The notes: a model not told the origin generated them from the letters alone. DNA of 64,000 bases from Alphaproteobacteria bacterium (GCA_018608245.1 JABAZY010000016.1:14428-78427); one strand, 5' to 3'; counted from the first letter of the stretch, positions 1 through 12,979 are shown. Numbers and translations: made by a program.

Positions 1-617
1 TTCGCACCAGTTGGGCGTGCCTTTTGAATAGCTTCAAGAAATGCATTGATGTTTTCAATAATTTCTTTCGTAGGCATTTTAGCTTTTGCGACGCCTGCGT
101 GAACGATACCATTTTTCTCTGCACGGAACTCTAATGCACCGCCTTTAGCCGCTTCAACAGCTGACTTAACGTCTGGTGTCACTGTGCCTAATTTCGGGTT
201 AGGCATCATACCTTTTGGCCCCAAAATTTTACCCAATTGACCCACAAGAGGCATCATGTCTGGTGTTGCGATACAGCGATCAAAGTCCATTTGACCAGCC
301 TTGATCATATCACCAAGATCTTCTGCACCAACGATGTCAGCACCAGCAGCTTTCGCTTCTTCTGCTTTTTTATCACGGGCAAATACAGCCACACGAACAA
401 CCGCGCCAGTACCATTAGGCAATGTCACCATACCACGAACCTGTTGGTCAGCATGTTTTGGATCAATACCTAAGTTTAAAGCTAGATCAATTGTTTCGTT
501 GAATTTACGCTTAGACGCTAAGTCTGTGATTGTTTTAACCGCATCAGCCACACTATATAGTGTTTCGCGATCAAATTTTTCATGCGCTGTTTTCATATGT
601 TTTGAAATTTTTGTCAT
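1..617 (-). CDS. rplA: 50S ribosomal protein L1, N-terminal ~205 codons (3' end of gene runs off the window start)
   Basis: Absent from the ORF track because it is open at the window edge. Manual minus-strand translation from ATG 617-615 gives [71 protein letters not shown]..., a typical L1. It starts 3 nt after the rplK stop, the canonical rplK-rplA order. Confidence 0.9.
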   Translation of the reverse strand, partial: MTKISKHMKTAHEKFDRETLYSVADAVKTITDLASKRKFNETIDLALNLGIDPKHADQQVRGMVTLPNGTGAVVRVAVFARDKKAEEAKAAGADIVGAEDLGDMIKAGQMDFDRCIATPDMMPLVGQLGKILGPKGMMPNPKLGTVTPDVKSAVEAAKGGALEFRAEKNGIVHAGVAKAKMPTKEIIENINAFLEAIQKARPTGA

Positions 618-620
618 GAT

Positions 621-1052
621 CTACCCTTCCACAACTTCTACGCCCATTGAGCGTGCTGAACCTTCGATGATTTTCATTGCGCCTTCAATATCAACCGCAT
701 TCAAATCAACCATTTTATCTTCGGCAATTGCTTTCACCTGAGATTTACGGATAGTAGCCACAACTTCATGACCCGGTGTATTCGCACCAGATTTAAGTTT
801 TGCTGCTTTTTTGATGTAATAGCTGTTTGGAGCCTGTTTTGTAACAAAGGTAAATGATTTGTCTTTGTAAACTGTAATCACAACAGGAATAGGCATTCCT
901 TTTTCTGCGCTTTCAGTTTTAGCGTTAAACGCCTTACAGAATTCCATGATATTAACACCATGCTGACCCAATGCTGGACCAACTGGTGGGGACGGGTTTG
1001 CACTCGCCGCTGGGATAATCAGGTTAATATAGCCTGAGACTTCTTTTGCCAT
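621..1052 (-). CDS. rplK: 50S ribosomal protein L11
   Basis: 143 aa with the [22 protein letters not shown] signature. AAGGAG Shine-Dalgarno lies 6 nt upstream of the ATG. Followed by rplA. Confidence 0.95.
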   Translation of the reverse strand: MAKEVSGYINLIIPAASANPSPPVGPALGQHGVNIMEFCKAFNAKTESAEKGMPIPVVITVYKDKSFTFVTKQAPNSYYIKKAAKLKSGANTPGHEVVATIRKSQVKAIAEDKMVDLNAVDIEGAMKIIEGSARSMGVEVVEG

Positions 1053-1151
1053 TTCTAGCTCCTTTACTTAGTTAAAGAGTGTCGTAGTGCAGCTCCCCTC
1101 AATGGTCTTAATATGTGCGAGAAAACACTTACTACAACGGTTATGAACGCT

Positions 1152-1179
1152 GTTATAGCGCCAAATTACGATAATGCAA
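1152..1179 (-). promoter_or_regulatory. Candidate sigma70-type promoter for rplK-rplA (TTGCAT-16 nt-TATAAC on minus strand)
   Basis: Read on the minus strand directly downstream of the nusG terminator. About 100 nt of leader, containing GAGGGGAGCUGCAC, lies before the rplK SD and could be the L1 autoregulatory site. Hexamer match only. Confidence 0.3.
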
Positions 1180-1180
1180 G

Positions 1181-1202
1181 AAAAAAGCGCCATATTTGGC
1201 GC
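1181..1202 (-). terminator. Rho-independent terminator after nusG
   Basis: On the minus strand GCGCCA-AAUA-UGGCGC (6-bp GC-rich stem, plus-strand coordinates 1187-1202) is followed by UUUUUU (1181-1186). It sits about 30 nt after the nusG stop. Confidence 0.7.
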
Positions 1203-1234
1203 TCTTTAATAAAATCTATTATGTTTGAAAAACC

Positions 1235-1765
1235 TTAAAGTTTTTCAACCTGTGAATATTCAAGCTCAACTGGTGTTGCACGACCGAAGATCGATACAGA
1301 TACTTTCAATTTTGCTTTTTCTTCGTCGACTTCTTCAACCATACCGTTGAAGGATGCGAATGGGCCATCGACCACTTTCACTTCTTCACCAATATCAAAG
1401 ATAATTGAAGGACGTGGACGATCCACACCTTCTTGAATTTGTTGAATAAGCTGATCAGCTTCTTTTTGGCTAATCGGTGACGGCTTATTATTTGCGCCTA
1501 AGAAATCTGTCACTTTTGGTGTATTTTTCACCATGTGCCAAACATCATCGCTCATATCTAATTTAATAAGCAAATAACCTGGGAAGAATTTACGCTCAAC
1601 ATTCACACGTTGCCCACGTTTCATTTCAACCACTTCTTCAGTCGGCACCATGATGTCGCCAACACGGTCTGCCAATTTTAATTTACGCGCTTGTTCTTTG
1701 ATTGCATCTGAAACCTTATGCTCAAATCCTGAATATACGTGTAAAACATACCAACGCAACGCCAT
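1235..1765 (-). CDS. nusG: Transcription termination/antitermination factor NusG
   Basis: MALRWYVLHVYSGFEHKV... N-terminal NGN signature and a C-terminal KOW region (GEEVKVVDGPFASFNG). The ORF track extends 3 codons further, to 1774. Lies in secE-nusG-rplK order. Confidence 0.92.
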   Translation of the reverse strand: MALRWYVLHVYSGFEHKVSDAIKEQARKLKLADRVGDIMVPTEEVVEMKRGQRVNVERKFFPGYLLIKLDMSDDVWHMVKNTPKVTDFLGANNKPSPISQKEADQLIQQIQEGVDRPRPSIIFDIGEEVKVVDGPFASFNGMVEEVDEEKAKLKVSVSIFGRATPVELEYSQVEKL

Positions 1766-1819
1766 TTTAATCACCTTTTCTTAAATGTTTAAGTCTTTGT
1801 TATTTATATAAATATTCTG

Positions 1820-2047
1820 TTATGAGCCGATACTGATGCTCAAAATAAAGTTCACCAATAAGGCAATCACCTGATCTGATAAAAACAAAAAGATCGACGC
1901 AATTGTTACCATGATAAACACAGCAATTGTGCTGACGGTTGTTTCTTTACGTGTTGGCCATGTTACTTTCTTAGTCTCCGCCTTTACTTGACGAAAAAAC
2001 TCCAGTGGGCTTGTTTTTCTTTTAGCTTTATCAGCAGATTTTGCCAT
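1820..2047 (-). CDS. secE: Preprotein translocase subunit SecE
   Basis: 75 aa with a basic N-terminus, KKVTWPTRKE motif and a single C-terminal TM helix. Immediately upstream of nusG. Confidence 0.88.
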   Translation of the reverse strand: MAKSADKAKRKTSPLEFFRQVKAETKKVTWPTRKETTVSTIAVFIMVTIASIFLFLSDQVIALLVNFILSISIGS

Positions 2048-2209
2048 TTTAATAACCTTTTAAAACTGTTAAATTACTTCTCTTGGGTCATGGTTCGTGG
2101 AAAGCGTTTCTGCGCTTTTGTTGAAAACCTAACTATATAAGGGAATTAAGAGATATTTATAACAGAACGAACACAAAATCCAGCAAAAACTGAAAAAACA
2201 TGAAAAAAG

Positions 2210-3229
2210 TTAAGTTTGCCTGTTATCTGCAATCTGTTTTGCCATTTTGATGGCGGCGATTAAGCTGTCGGGGCTAGCAATCCCCTTACCCGCGATGTCC
2301 AGCGCTGTTCCGTGATCTGGGGATGTGCGCACTAACGATAAGCCTAACGTCACATTAACACCACCATGAAAATCAAGTGTCTTTACGGGCGTTAAAACTT
2401 GATCATGATACATGCCCAGCGCCGCATCATAATGCTTGCGAGCATCTTCGTGGAATAAAGTATCAGCAGGATGAGGGCCCGTGACATTCAACCCATCCGC
2501 CCTTAATTTCTCTATGGCTGGCATAATAACGTCAATTTCCTCCATACCCATTTTACCGCCCTCACCCGCATGCGGATTAAGGCCACAAATGGCAATACGT
2601 GGATTTTTTATGCCGAAATCTTGAGTTAAAGCACGCGCCATGATGTGCGCTTTTTCATCAATCAACTCAGCCGTCACAGCCTGTGACACGTCTTTTAGCG
2701 GAATATGCACAGTCAAGGGCACAATACGTAGCGCATCATTGGCAATCATCATGATCGGGGTTTCGTCTCTGCCACATAGCTCCGCTACAAATTCCGTATG
2801 CCCAGGATGTTTAAACCCGATATCGTACAGTGCACCCTTATGAATAGGGTTAGTAACAACGCCCGCCACTTCACCACGCATAGCCATATCGACGGCTAAC
2901 TCAATAGACTTAATCACCGCTCCACCATTTTCAGGATTCAATGTCCCCAGCGCCACAGGCGGTTTCAAAGATACTGGAAAGACAGGTAAAGCTTGGTCAA
3001 AACACGACATAGCTTCTTCTGCCGTTTCAACAACCTGCACAGGAACGTGGAGACCTAACCGCTTCGCCAGTTCTTCAATCCGCGCAGGATCATCCAATAG
3101 CATGAAGAGTGGTAATTTCTTCTCGTGGCGCGCTAACCACGCATCAAGGGTGATTTCACCGCCAACGCCAGAAGGCTCTCCCATTGTAATAGCTAACGGT
3201 TTTCCAAGTTGTTTTGATGTCTTTGTCAT
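2210..3229 (-). CDS. pdxA: 4-hydroxythreonine-4-phosphate dehydrogenase
   Basis: 339 aa with GEPSGVGGEI, HPGHTEF, GLNPHAGEGG and SPDHGTALDIAGKG motifs typical of PdxA. Confidence 0.88.
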   Translation of the reverse strand: MTKTSKQLGKPLAITMGEPSGVGGEITLDAWLARHEKKLPLFMLLDDPARIEELAKRLGLHVPVQVVETAEEAMSCFDQALPVFPVSLKPPVALGTLNPENGGAVIKSIELAVDMAMRGEVAGVVTNPIHKGALYDIGFKHPGHTEFVAELCGRDETPIMMIANDALRIVPLTVHIPLKDVSQAVTAELIDEKAHIMARALTQDFGIKNPRIAICGLNPHAGEGGKMGMEEIDVIMPAIEKLRADGLNVTGPHPADTLFHEDARKHYDAALGMYHDQVLTPVKTLDFHGGVNVTLGLSLVRTSPDHGTALDIAGKGIASPDSLIAAIKMAKQIADNRQT

Positions 3230-3360
3230 AGCTATTCATAATCAATTTAGCATCAATAATACAACAAAATCTTTGATAAAAATGCATAAGATACTTGCTA
3301 GAACATTCTTTCCATCCTACTCTGAGCGCTAAAGTAATGTTCACTAAATGATAGTATCTC

Positions 3361-6300
3361 ATGCCAAAAAAATATCTCTCTCAGGCCGAAAAATTACTCC
3401 CTAAAAGTCTGAGCAAACGCGAAAAAGAATTTTTCAAAACTTTTTATTCCAAAGTGCCTAAAGAAGATGTTGAGTCTGTTAATGTTGAGCTGCTTGCCCA
3501 AACGGCGCGCAATCATTATGAGCTAAGTGTTAAGCGTAAAAAAGACAAACCAAACATCAAAATCTATACGCCAAAATCTATGCTGGAAGGCTGGAGCAAA
3601 AACAGAACCATTATTGATATCGTCAATGATGATATGGCGTTTTTAGTTGATTCAATCGTGGCTGAAATTATCCGCCATGGTCAGCAAATCAAAGTTTTCT
3701 TACACCCTATCGTCCATGTAGAACGCGATAATAAAAATAACATCACAGAAATTTCTGCAAATACCAAAAAGGGTAAAACCAAGGGTCAGTCGAATATTCA
3801 TGTTGAGTTAACACGTATCTTAAGCGCAGAACAATGTGAGGAATTAGTTTTAGGCCTAGAAAAAGTATTATCTGACGTACGCTTTGCTAACCGCGACTGG
3901 CCAGCAATGAAAGGGAAACTAAAAGATGCTCAAAAAGCTTTGGATTCGGCGCCTAAAAGACATGATGCTGAATTAATCACAGAATTTAAGGAGTTTCTGG
4001 AGTATCTTCACAATAACAATTTTACGCTTTTAGGGTATCGTGAGTATAAATTCAAATACTCAGATAAAGAGCTAAAGAGCACGATTGTTAAAGGTAGCAG
4101 TTTAGGATTGCTATCTGATGAAGTAAGCCCCGTTTATATTAATGAAGCACGTAAAAGTCTGACGGAATCTCAACAAGACTTACGCTTTAAACTTGGGCCA
4201 ATGCATGTGTCCAAAGTGAACAAAAATTCAACTGTTCACAGACGCGTACCTTTAGATGCCGTGACTGTTAAAAAATATGATAAATCTGGTAAAGCAATAG
4301 GTGAATTATTGTTCATCGGTCTTTATACGTCTATGACTTACTCACGTAGTGTTGCCAGCATTCCGTACTTAAGACGCAAAGTGAATAACGTGGTTGAAAT
4401 GGCACAATATGGCGATGCCAGCCACAACCAAAAAGCGCTACGTCATATTTTAGAGAAATACCCTAGAGACGAGCTATTACAAATTCCTGAAAAATTATTA
4501 TTTGACCATGCAATAAGCATTTTAAGCCTTCAAGAGCGCCCACGCGTGTCCCTTTACATGCGTAAAGACCCCTTCGGCCGTTATATTTCCTGCTTGGTTT
4601 ATGTCCCTAAAAACCGATATGAAACAAAATTACGCCTTAAGTTCCAACATATTATTGAAGAAGAATTAGGCGGAAAATGTACTATCTTTAAAGTGCAACA
4701 AGATGATTCTCCCTTGGCGCGTGTTCTGTTCCAAATTGACATTAACAATTTAGACACCCCACCCAAAACCAATACTAGGCATTTACAAGAAAAATTACGT
4801 GTTGCCGCAGAAGAATGGGCAACACAACTTCGTCGCGCTCTTGAACATAGCACTGATGATATTGACAAAGCGGCGGACCTAATTGGACGCTATGGCAGTG
4901 CATTCCCCACCAGCTATCATGAGCGCTATGATGCAGAATCTGCTGTCTATGACATATATAAGATCGCCACCATTATCGATGGCGATGAAATTAACCTTGA
5001 GCTTTATCAATGTAAGAAAAACAACGAAGAACAAATTCGTTTAAAACTTTATCATGCAAAAACCCCGCTTGAGCTTTCAGATGTTCTGCCCATCATGGAG
5101 AATATGGGTCTAGACGTCATTACCGAACTTCCTTCCGAAGTTAGCCCAGCAAAGTTCAAACATAAAGTTTGGGTTCATGATTTTCTTATCCGTCCTGCAA
5201 ATAAAGACGAAGAAGTTAACTTTAAAAAAACCAAAAAACCTTTCGAAGATGTGTTCAAGAAAACTTGGGATAAGGACATGGAAAGCGACAGCTTAAACCA
5301 GCTGTCACTATACGCTGCCATGGACTGGCGTGACATCACAATTTTACGCGCCTACACCCATTATCTACGCCAAACAACTTTCCCGATTAGTTTGCCATCA
5401 ATGGAAACTGCCCTAACAACGCATCCTGATATTGCCAAAAAATTGGTAACGTTTTTTAAGACGATGCATGATCCAAGCAACAACAAGCTCAGTGACAAAC
5501 AAAAGCAGAAGCATATTGACGATATCTTTGCGAGCCTTGAAGCCGTTGACTCTCTTGACCATGATAGAACATTACGTAGCCTCACCAACATTATGTCTGC
5601 AACATTACGTACAAATTTTTATCAAACAGATGAACATGACGAACCTAAGATTTATCTATCCTTCAAAATTGATAGTAAGACCGTCGTGGAACTGCCAGAA
5701 CCTAAACCTTACCGTGAAATATTTGTTTACTCAGGTCGTGTGGAAGGTATTCATTTACGTGGCGATAAAATTGCCCGTGGTGGTATTCGCTGGTCCGATC
5801 GCCCAGAGGATTTCCGCACAGAAGTACTCGGCCTGATGAAAGCTCAACAAGTTAAAAACGCCGTTATTGTACCTATGGGCGCAAAAGGTGGATTTATCCT
5901 TAAAGCACCGCCAACAGAGGGTGGACGTGACGCTTTTATGGCGGAGGGAATTTCTTGTTATAAAACATTTATCCGTGGATTATTAGACATTACAGATAAC
6001 CGTCAAGGGTCAAAAATTGTACCGCCTGAAAATGTCGTACGCTATGATGAAGATGATCCATATTTAGTGGTTGCTGCCGATAAAGGTACCGCTAGCTTCT
6101 CTGACATTGCCAATGGCTTATCTGCTGAATATGACTTCTGGTTAGATGATGCTTTTGCTTCTGGTGGTTCTGCTGGGTATGACCATAAGAAAATGGGTAT
6201 CACAGCCCGCGGTGGTTGGGAATCGGTCAAACGTCATTTCCGTGAGCTAAACCACGATACACAGACTCAAGATTTTGACGTTGTTGGTGTTGGTGACATG

Positions 6301-8193
6301 GGCGGTGATGTTTTCGGAAATGGTATGTTGCTGTCCGAACATATTAAACTGATCGCCTCCTTCAACCATTTACGCATTTTCTGCGACCCTGATCCAGACC
6401 CAGCCAAAAGCTTCAAAGAGCGCAAACGCCTATTTGAAAAAGTACAAGGTTGGGATGGTTATAATGAAAAATTACTATCCAAAGGTGGCCGTATTTTCCT
6501 AAGAAGTGAAAAATCACTTAAATTAACGCCAGAGATTAAAAAGCGTTTTGACATTGATAAAGACCACGTATCCCCTAGCGAGCTTATTACCGCTATCTTA
6601 AAAGCTCGCACAGATTTAATGTGGTTCGGTGGTATTGGAACTTACATAAAAGCTACAGCAGAGACCCATACTGAAGTTGGAGACAAAGGAAACGATGCGT
6701 TACGTATTGACGCCAAACAAGTACGTGCCAAAGTGCTTGGTGAAGGTGCAAACCTTGCTATTACACAACAAGCCCGTATTGAATATGCAAAAAATGGTGG
6801 ACGTCTAAATGCAGATTATATTGATAATGCCGGTGGTGTTGCCTCTTCTGATGATGAAGTAAATATCAAGATTCTCCTCGGCGAAGTTGTCCGCAAGCCC
6901 AAACATAAAATGGATATCCAAAAGCGTAACAAGCTTTTAGAATCAATGACCAATGATGTTGCCCAGCATGTTCTACGTAGTAATTACCAACAAGCACAAG
7001 GCATTAGCTTAATGGAGCTCAATTCGTCTAACACATTGGCGTCGCAAGGAAAATTCATTAGCTATCTTGAGAAAAAAGTAGGTCTTAACCGTGAATTGGA
7101 AGAATTGCCAGATAAAGAAGAGATTGATGAACGCGGTCGCTTAGGCAAAGGGTTAACCCGTCCAGAGCTTAGTATTTTGCAATCATATGCCAAAATATCT
7201 TACACAGAAGATTTATTGCAAAGCGATATTACCAATACAAAAGCGATGCAAGAACGGCTTGTTCGATACTTCCCTAAAAAGTTGAGAGAAAAATATCGAG
7301 CAGAAATTCTTGATCATCGACTAAAAAATGAAATCATTGCCACCTCCTTGGCTAACGGTATTGTTAACCGTATGGGCCCTGTCTTTATCAAAGACAGAAT
7401 GGATAAATGTGGTGTGTCTTGTGAAGAGGTTGCAAAAGCTTATATTATCGTTCGTGAAGCTTTCCATTTGAAAGACCTTTGGAATGAGATTGAATCGCTT
7501 GACGGTAAAGTGCCAGCGGCTGTTCAGCTTCAAGCGCTCCATGAAACAGCGCGCATGATTGAGCGTACAGTGACATGGTTCCTAACCCGTTTTGGTAAAA
7601 AACTTGAAATTAACCGTGATATTGCCCGCTTCGAAGATGGTATTCAGGCCGTTAAAGGCAGCATGGATCAAATTGTGCCAAAAGACCTGCTCAATATGAT
7701 CAAACAGCTCACCAATAGCGGAATTAACAACGGCTTACCGTCCGAGTTATCGCATGACATCTCGTTAATGCCTATCTTAGGCTCAGCCTGTGATATCATC
7801 AGAATTTCCACTGATCCTAATTTTGATATTATCACCACAGCGCGTGTTTATTTTGAACTAGGAGAGCATTTTCAACTAGATTGGATGCGTCAAAAAGCCC
7901 GCTTCCTACCCTCAGAATCACAATGGTCTTCCCAAGCTCTGGAAGGCTTAGTGAACCAGTTATATACCTGTCAGGCAGGGATTACAGTGCGTATATTGAA
8001 GGATATGAACGGTGAAATTAAGAATATCACCAAGAACCCTGACGAATCTATTCTACAAAAATGGATCGATTCTCGTGGCTCTCAGGCAAAATTATTAGAG
8101 CCTTTATTTGCTGAGTTCAGACGCAGTGGAAGCATTGATATAGCGACCTTGATTATCGCAGAGCAACGCCTCAGAAACCTATATGGGGGATAG
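3361..8193 (+). CDS. gdhZ: NAD-specific glutamate dehydrogenase, large (~180 kDa) class
   Basis: 1610 aa. The central catalytic region IARGGIRWSDRPEDFRTEVLGLMKAQQVKNAVIVPMGAKGGF and ADKGTASFSD are characteristic of the giant bacterial GDH family. Confidence 0.9.
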   Translation: MPKKYLSQAEKLLPKSLSKREKEFFKTFYSKVPKEDVESVNVELLAQTARNHYELSVKRKKDKPNIKIYTPKSMLEGWSKNRTIIDIVNDDMAFLVDSIVAEIIRHGQQIKVFLHPIVHVERDNKNNITEISANTKKGKTKGQSNIHVELTRILSAEQCEELVLGLEKVLSDVRFANRDWPAMKGKLKDAQKALDSAPKRHDAELITEFKEFLEYLHNNNFTLLGYREYKFKYSDKELKSTIVKGSSLGLLSDEVSPVYINEARKSLTESQQDLRFKLGPMHVSKVNKNSTVHRRVPLDAVTVKKYDKSGKAIGELLFIGLYTSMTYSRSVASIPYLRRKVNNVVEMAQYGDASHNQKALRHILEKYPRDELLQIPEKLLFDHAISILSLQERPRVSLYMRKDPFGRYISCLVYVPKNRYETKLRLKFQHIIEEELGGKCTIFKVQQDDSPLARVLFQIDINNLDTPPKTNTRHLQEKLRVAAEEWATQLRRALEHSTDDIDKAADLIGRYGSAFPTSYHERYDAESAVYDIYKIATIIDGDEINLELYQCKKNNEEQIRLKLYHAKTPLELSDVLPIMENMGLDVITELPSEVSPAKFKHKVWVHDFLIRPANKDEEVNFKKTKKPFEDVFKKTWDKDMESDSLNQLSLYAAMDWRDITILRAYTHYLRQTTFPISLPSMETALTTHPDIAKKLVTFFKTMHDPSNNKLSDKQKQKHIDDIFASLEAVDSLDHDRTLRSLTNIMSATLRTNFYQTDEHDEPKIYLSFKIDSKTVVELPEPKPYREIFVYSGRVEGIHLRGDKIARGGIRWSDRPEDFRTEVLGLMKAQQVKNAVIVPMGAKGGFILKAPPTEGGRDAFMAEGISCYKTFIRGLLDITDNRQGSKIVPPENVVRYDEDDPYLVVAADKGTASFSDIANGLSAEYDFWLDDAFASGGSAGYDHKKMGITARGGWESVKRHFRELNHDTQTQDFDVVGVGDMGGDVFGNGMLLSEHIKLIASFNHLRIFCDPDPDPAKSFKERKRLFEKVQGWDGYNEKLLSKGGRIFLRSEKSLKLTPEIKKRFDIDKDHVSPSELITAILKARTDLMWFGGIGTYIKATAETHTEVGDKGNDALRIDAKQVRAKVLGEGANLAITQQARIEYAKNGGRLNADYIDNAGGVASSDDEVNIKILLGEVVRKPKHKMDIQKRNKLLESMTNDVAQHVLRSNYQQAQGISLMELNSSNTLASQGKFISYLEKKVGLNRELEELPDKEEIDERGRLGKGLTRPELSILQSYAKISYTEDLLQSDITNTKAMQERLVRYFPKKLREKYRAEILDHRLKNEIIATSLANGIVNRMGPVFIKDRMDKCGVSCEEVAKAYIIVREAFHLKDLWNEIESLDGKVPAAVQLQALHETARMIERTVTWFLTRFGKKLEINRDIARFEDGIQAVKGSMDQIVPKDLLNMIKQLTNSGINNGLPSELSHDISLMPILGSACDIIRISTDPNFDIITTARVYFELGEHFQLDWMRQKARFLPSESQWSSQALEGLVNQLYTCQAGITVRILKDMNGEIKNITKNPDESILQKWIDSRGSQAKLLEPLFAEFRRSGSIDIATLIIAEQRLRNLYGG

Positions 8194-9139
8194 GCAAGCT
8201 GGCGAATATTTCGAGCTTTAATATTTCCGCAAAGGCAAAGGCGAATAGCACCATGATTCCAAAAATCTTATTGGATTTGAATATGTCTAGGGAACTTTCA
8301 GGGTCGTAGATATCCCAGTAACGAAGCTGTTTCATAAAATGCATGGCAGGCAATATCAGTAGCGCTAGCGTTACTAAACCTGCGCCTGCAATCAAACAAG
8401 ACAAAATGATAAACACCATTGATAGCGCATAAAATATGCTCACCCAAAACTTACTGTTATCGCCAAATAAGCGTGCCGTTGATTTAATCCCAACGATCTC
8501 GTCATCGTCCTTATCCTGATGCGCGTAAATCGTGTCATAGCCAAGCGTCCAGAAAAACGCGCCAATATAGAGTGCCACAGCTTCAAAGCGTAAATCATGT
8601 GTTGCCGCACTCCACCCCATTAACGCACCAAAATTAAATGTGATCCCCAAAAAAGCCTGTGGCCACCATGTAATACGCTTCATCAATGGATATGAACCAA
8701 TTAACCCGAGCGATAAAATGCCAAGCATAATGGTAATACCCGATGTCTGGAGCAAAATGATAAAACTGACGAATAATAAGCAAGCCAATAAAATAACTGC
8801 CTGCGGGATATTTATAATACCTGCCGCGATTGGACGCTTGCTGGTACGCTCGACCTGTTTATCCAAATCACGATCAAGGATGTCATTGATGATACAACCA
8901 GCGCCCCGCATCATAACCGCGCCTAAAAAGAAATAAATCATCAGGCGCACATCGCCGTGCCCTGCTTGAGCATGTATGCCCTGCACCCCATTTGCTCCCA
9001 GCATAATACCCCACAGCCCCGGCAACAATAACAGCCACCAGCCAACAGGACGATCAAGGCGCATGAGCAAAGCATAAGGTTGCCAATCTTCTGGCAATCT
9101 CGAAATCCAACCTTCGCTATTGATATCCGTATGGGTCAT
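8171..9139 (-). CDS. ubiA: 4-hydroxybenzoate polyprenyltransferase (UbiA family)
   Basis: 322 aa and polytopic. It has the Asp-rich prenyltransferase motif NDILDRDLDKQVERTSKRP and a second DKDDD motif. Its 3' end overlaps the gdh 3' end by 23 nt (convergent). Confidence 0.85.
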   Translation of the reverse strand: MTHTDINSEGWISRLPEDWQPYALLMRLDRPVGWWLLLLPGLWGIMLGANGVQGIHAQAGHGDVRLMIYFFLGAVMMRGAGCIINDILDRDLDKQVERTSKRPIAAGIINIPQAVILLACLLFVSFIILLQTSGITIMLGILSLGLIGSYPLMKRITWWPQAFLGITFNFGALMGWSAATHDLRFEAVALYIGAFFWTLGYDTIYAHQDKDDDEIVGIKSTARLFGDNSKFWVSIFYALSMVFIILSCLIAGAGLVTLALLILPAMHFMKQLRYWDIYDPESSLDIFKSNKIFGIMVLFAFAFAEILKLEIFASLPIPHIGF

Positions 9140-9155
9140 ATATACTCTTTAAATC

Positions 9156-9872
9156 ATGAGTGATGATTACTTTAAATTACCACGGCTTTTTACAAGCCAC
9201 GCTTTATCTAACAAGGGTGACATACCCTTAGACCCTGCGCAAGCGCATTATTTAGGCAATGTTTTACGCCGTAAAGCAGGTGCGCAAATTAGATTATTTA
9301 ACGGACGCGATGGCGAATGGCTCGGTACGTTAAGCAACCTTCAAAAAAAATCTGGTGACGTAACGTTGGAAAAACAACTTCACGAACAGCCTACACAAAT
9401 ACGAAAACTCCATCTTTTATTTTCACCTATCAAAAAGAATCGTATGGATTGGCTGATAGAAAAAGCTGTTGAATTAGGTGCGACTGATTTTCATCCTATC
9501 ATCACGCAAAATACAGAAGTGCGAAAAATCAACGAAGACAGGCTAAAAGCTCAAATTTTTGAAGCAGCCGAACAATGTGAACGGTTTGAAATCCCTACGT
9601 TACATAGTTTAGAAAAGTTAGATAAAACCATAAAAAATTGGGATACCAGCACAACTATTTTATCTTGTATTGAACGCGCGAACGCCCCAGAAATTCAGGA
9701 TATTCAGAACGCTCAAAAAAGCGATATAGCTTTCCTCATAGGGCCAGAAGGCGGGTTTACTAAGGAAGAAAAAACTCAGTTAGAAAAACAAACTACGCCT
9801 GTAACTCTGGGGCAAACAATCCTCAGATGTGAAACCGCCGTCGTCAAGGCACTAATTCTTTTAAATCCTTAA
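9156..9872 (+). CDS. rsmE: 16S rRNA (uracil1498-N3)-methyltransferase RsmE
   Basis: 238 aa with RsmE-like architecture and the C-terminal LIGPEGGFT...ILRCETA motif. Confidence 0.8.
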   Translation: MSDDYFKLPRLFTSHALSNKGDIPLDPAQAHYLGNVLRRKAGAQIRLFNGRDGEWLGTLSNLQKKSGDVTLEKQLHEQPTQIRKLHLLFSPIKKNRMDWLIEKAVELGATDFHPIITQNTEVRKINEDRLKAQIFEAAEQCERFEIPTLHSLEKLDKTIKNWDTSTTILSCIERANAPEIQDIQNAQKSDIAFLIGPEGGFTKEEKTQLEKQTTPVTLGQTILRCETAVVKALILLNP

Positions 9873-10252
9873 AACGTGAAATAAGCTTTGATACATAAAA
9901 CTGCTGCGACGAGCACCACCAGTAACGTGATAATCATGCCCCCTGTCCGTCCAAAAGACGGCCCTTTGTCGTGGTATATTCCAAAAAAATGTAGAAGACG
10001 TCCAATTATCAAAGAAACCCCTAACGCATGAATAATAATTTCTGACGTTTCTTCAATATCCAATAGCAGCATTAACAACAGCGCAAAGGGGATGTATTCA
10101 TTGAAATTACCATGGATACGAATACGTTTATTCATATTATCATTTCCACCATCACCAAGGCTGATGCGGTGCTTGAAACGCCCTTTGACCGTAAACAAAG
10201 CTAAGCCTATATAAATTATTGCGAGTAGCCCTGCGTATAATGTCGTAATCAT
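9869..10252 (-). CDS. MAPEG-family membrane protein
   Basis: 127 aa with 3-4 TM helices. RIRIHGNFNEYIPFALLLM resembles the MAPEG/YecN family signature. Family call by recollection only. Confidence 0.6.
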   Translation of the reverse strand: MITTLYAGLLAIIYIGLALFTVKGRFKHRISLGDGGNDNMNKRIRIHGNFNEYIPFALLLMLLLDIEETSEIIIHALGVSLIIGRLLHFFGIYHDKGPSFGRTGGMIITLLVVLVAAVLCIKAYFTF

Positions 10253-10408
10253 TTTATTTTTCCCTGTTAGGTATAAATGCTTTATGAACTAAATATTAGT
10301 ATCTACGCTCTTTTTTCTCTTTTCAAATGAAATTTTTCTCTGTAAACAAACACTCTTATTCAGTATAGTAGAGTTGATAAAATTTATAACAAAATGATCG
10401 TGTGTATT

Positions 10409-12909
<2,501 letters not shown>

Positions 12910-12917
12910 TTCAAAAA

Positions 12918-12942
12918 GCCCTCAAATTATGAGGGCTTTTTT
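12918..12942 (+). terminator. Rho-independent terminator after ctaD
   Basis: GCCCTCA-aatta-TGAGGGC (7-bp stem, 12918-12936) followed by TTTTTT (12937-12942). It starts 9 nt after the ctaD stop. Confidence 0.85.
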
Positions 12943-12979
12943 ATTGCGCCATGTTTAAAAACCTGCTTTTTTGTCACCC

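Noticed and set aside
237-741. Plus-strand ORFs of 78 and 146 aa at the window start.
   Set aside because: They run antisense to rplA and rplK, which translate into unmistakable L1 and L11 sequences.
2048-2209. Expected tRNA-Trp gene upstream of secE, as found in many bacteria.
   Set aside because: There is no cloverleaf-compatible sequence and no GTTCGAATC-like T-loop. Only a weak AAGCG/CGCTT hairpin near 2110-2126 is present, without a convincing U-tract on the relevant strand.
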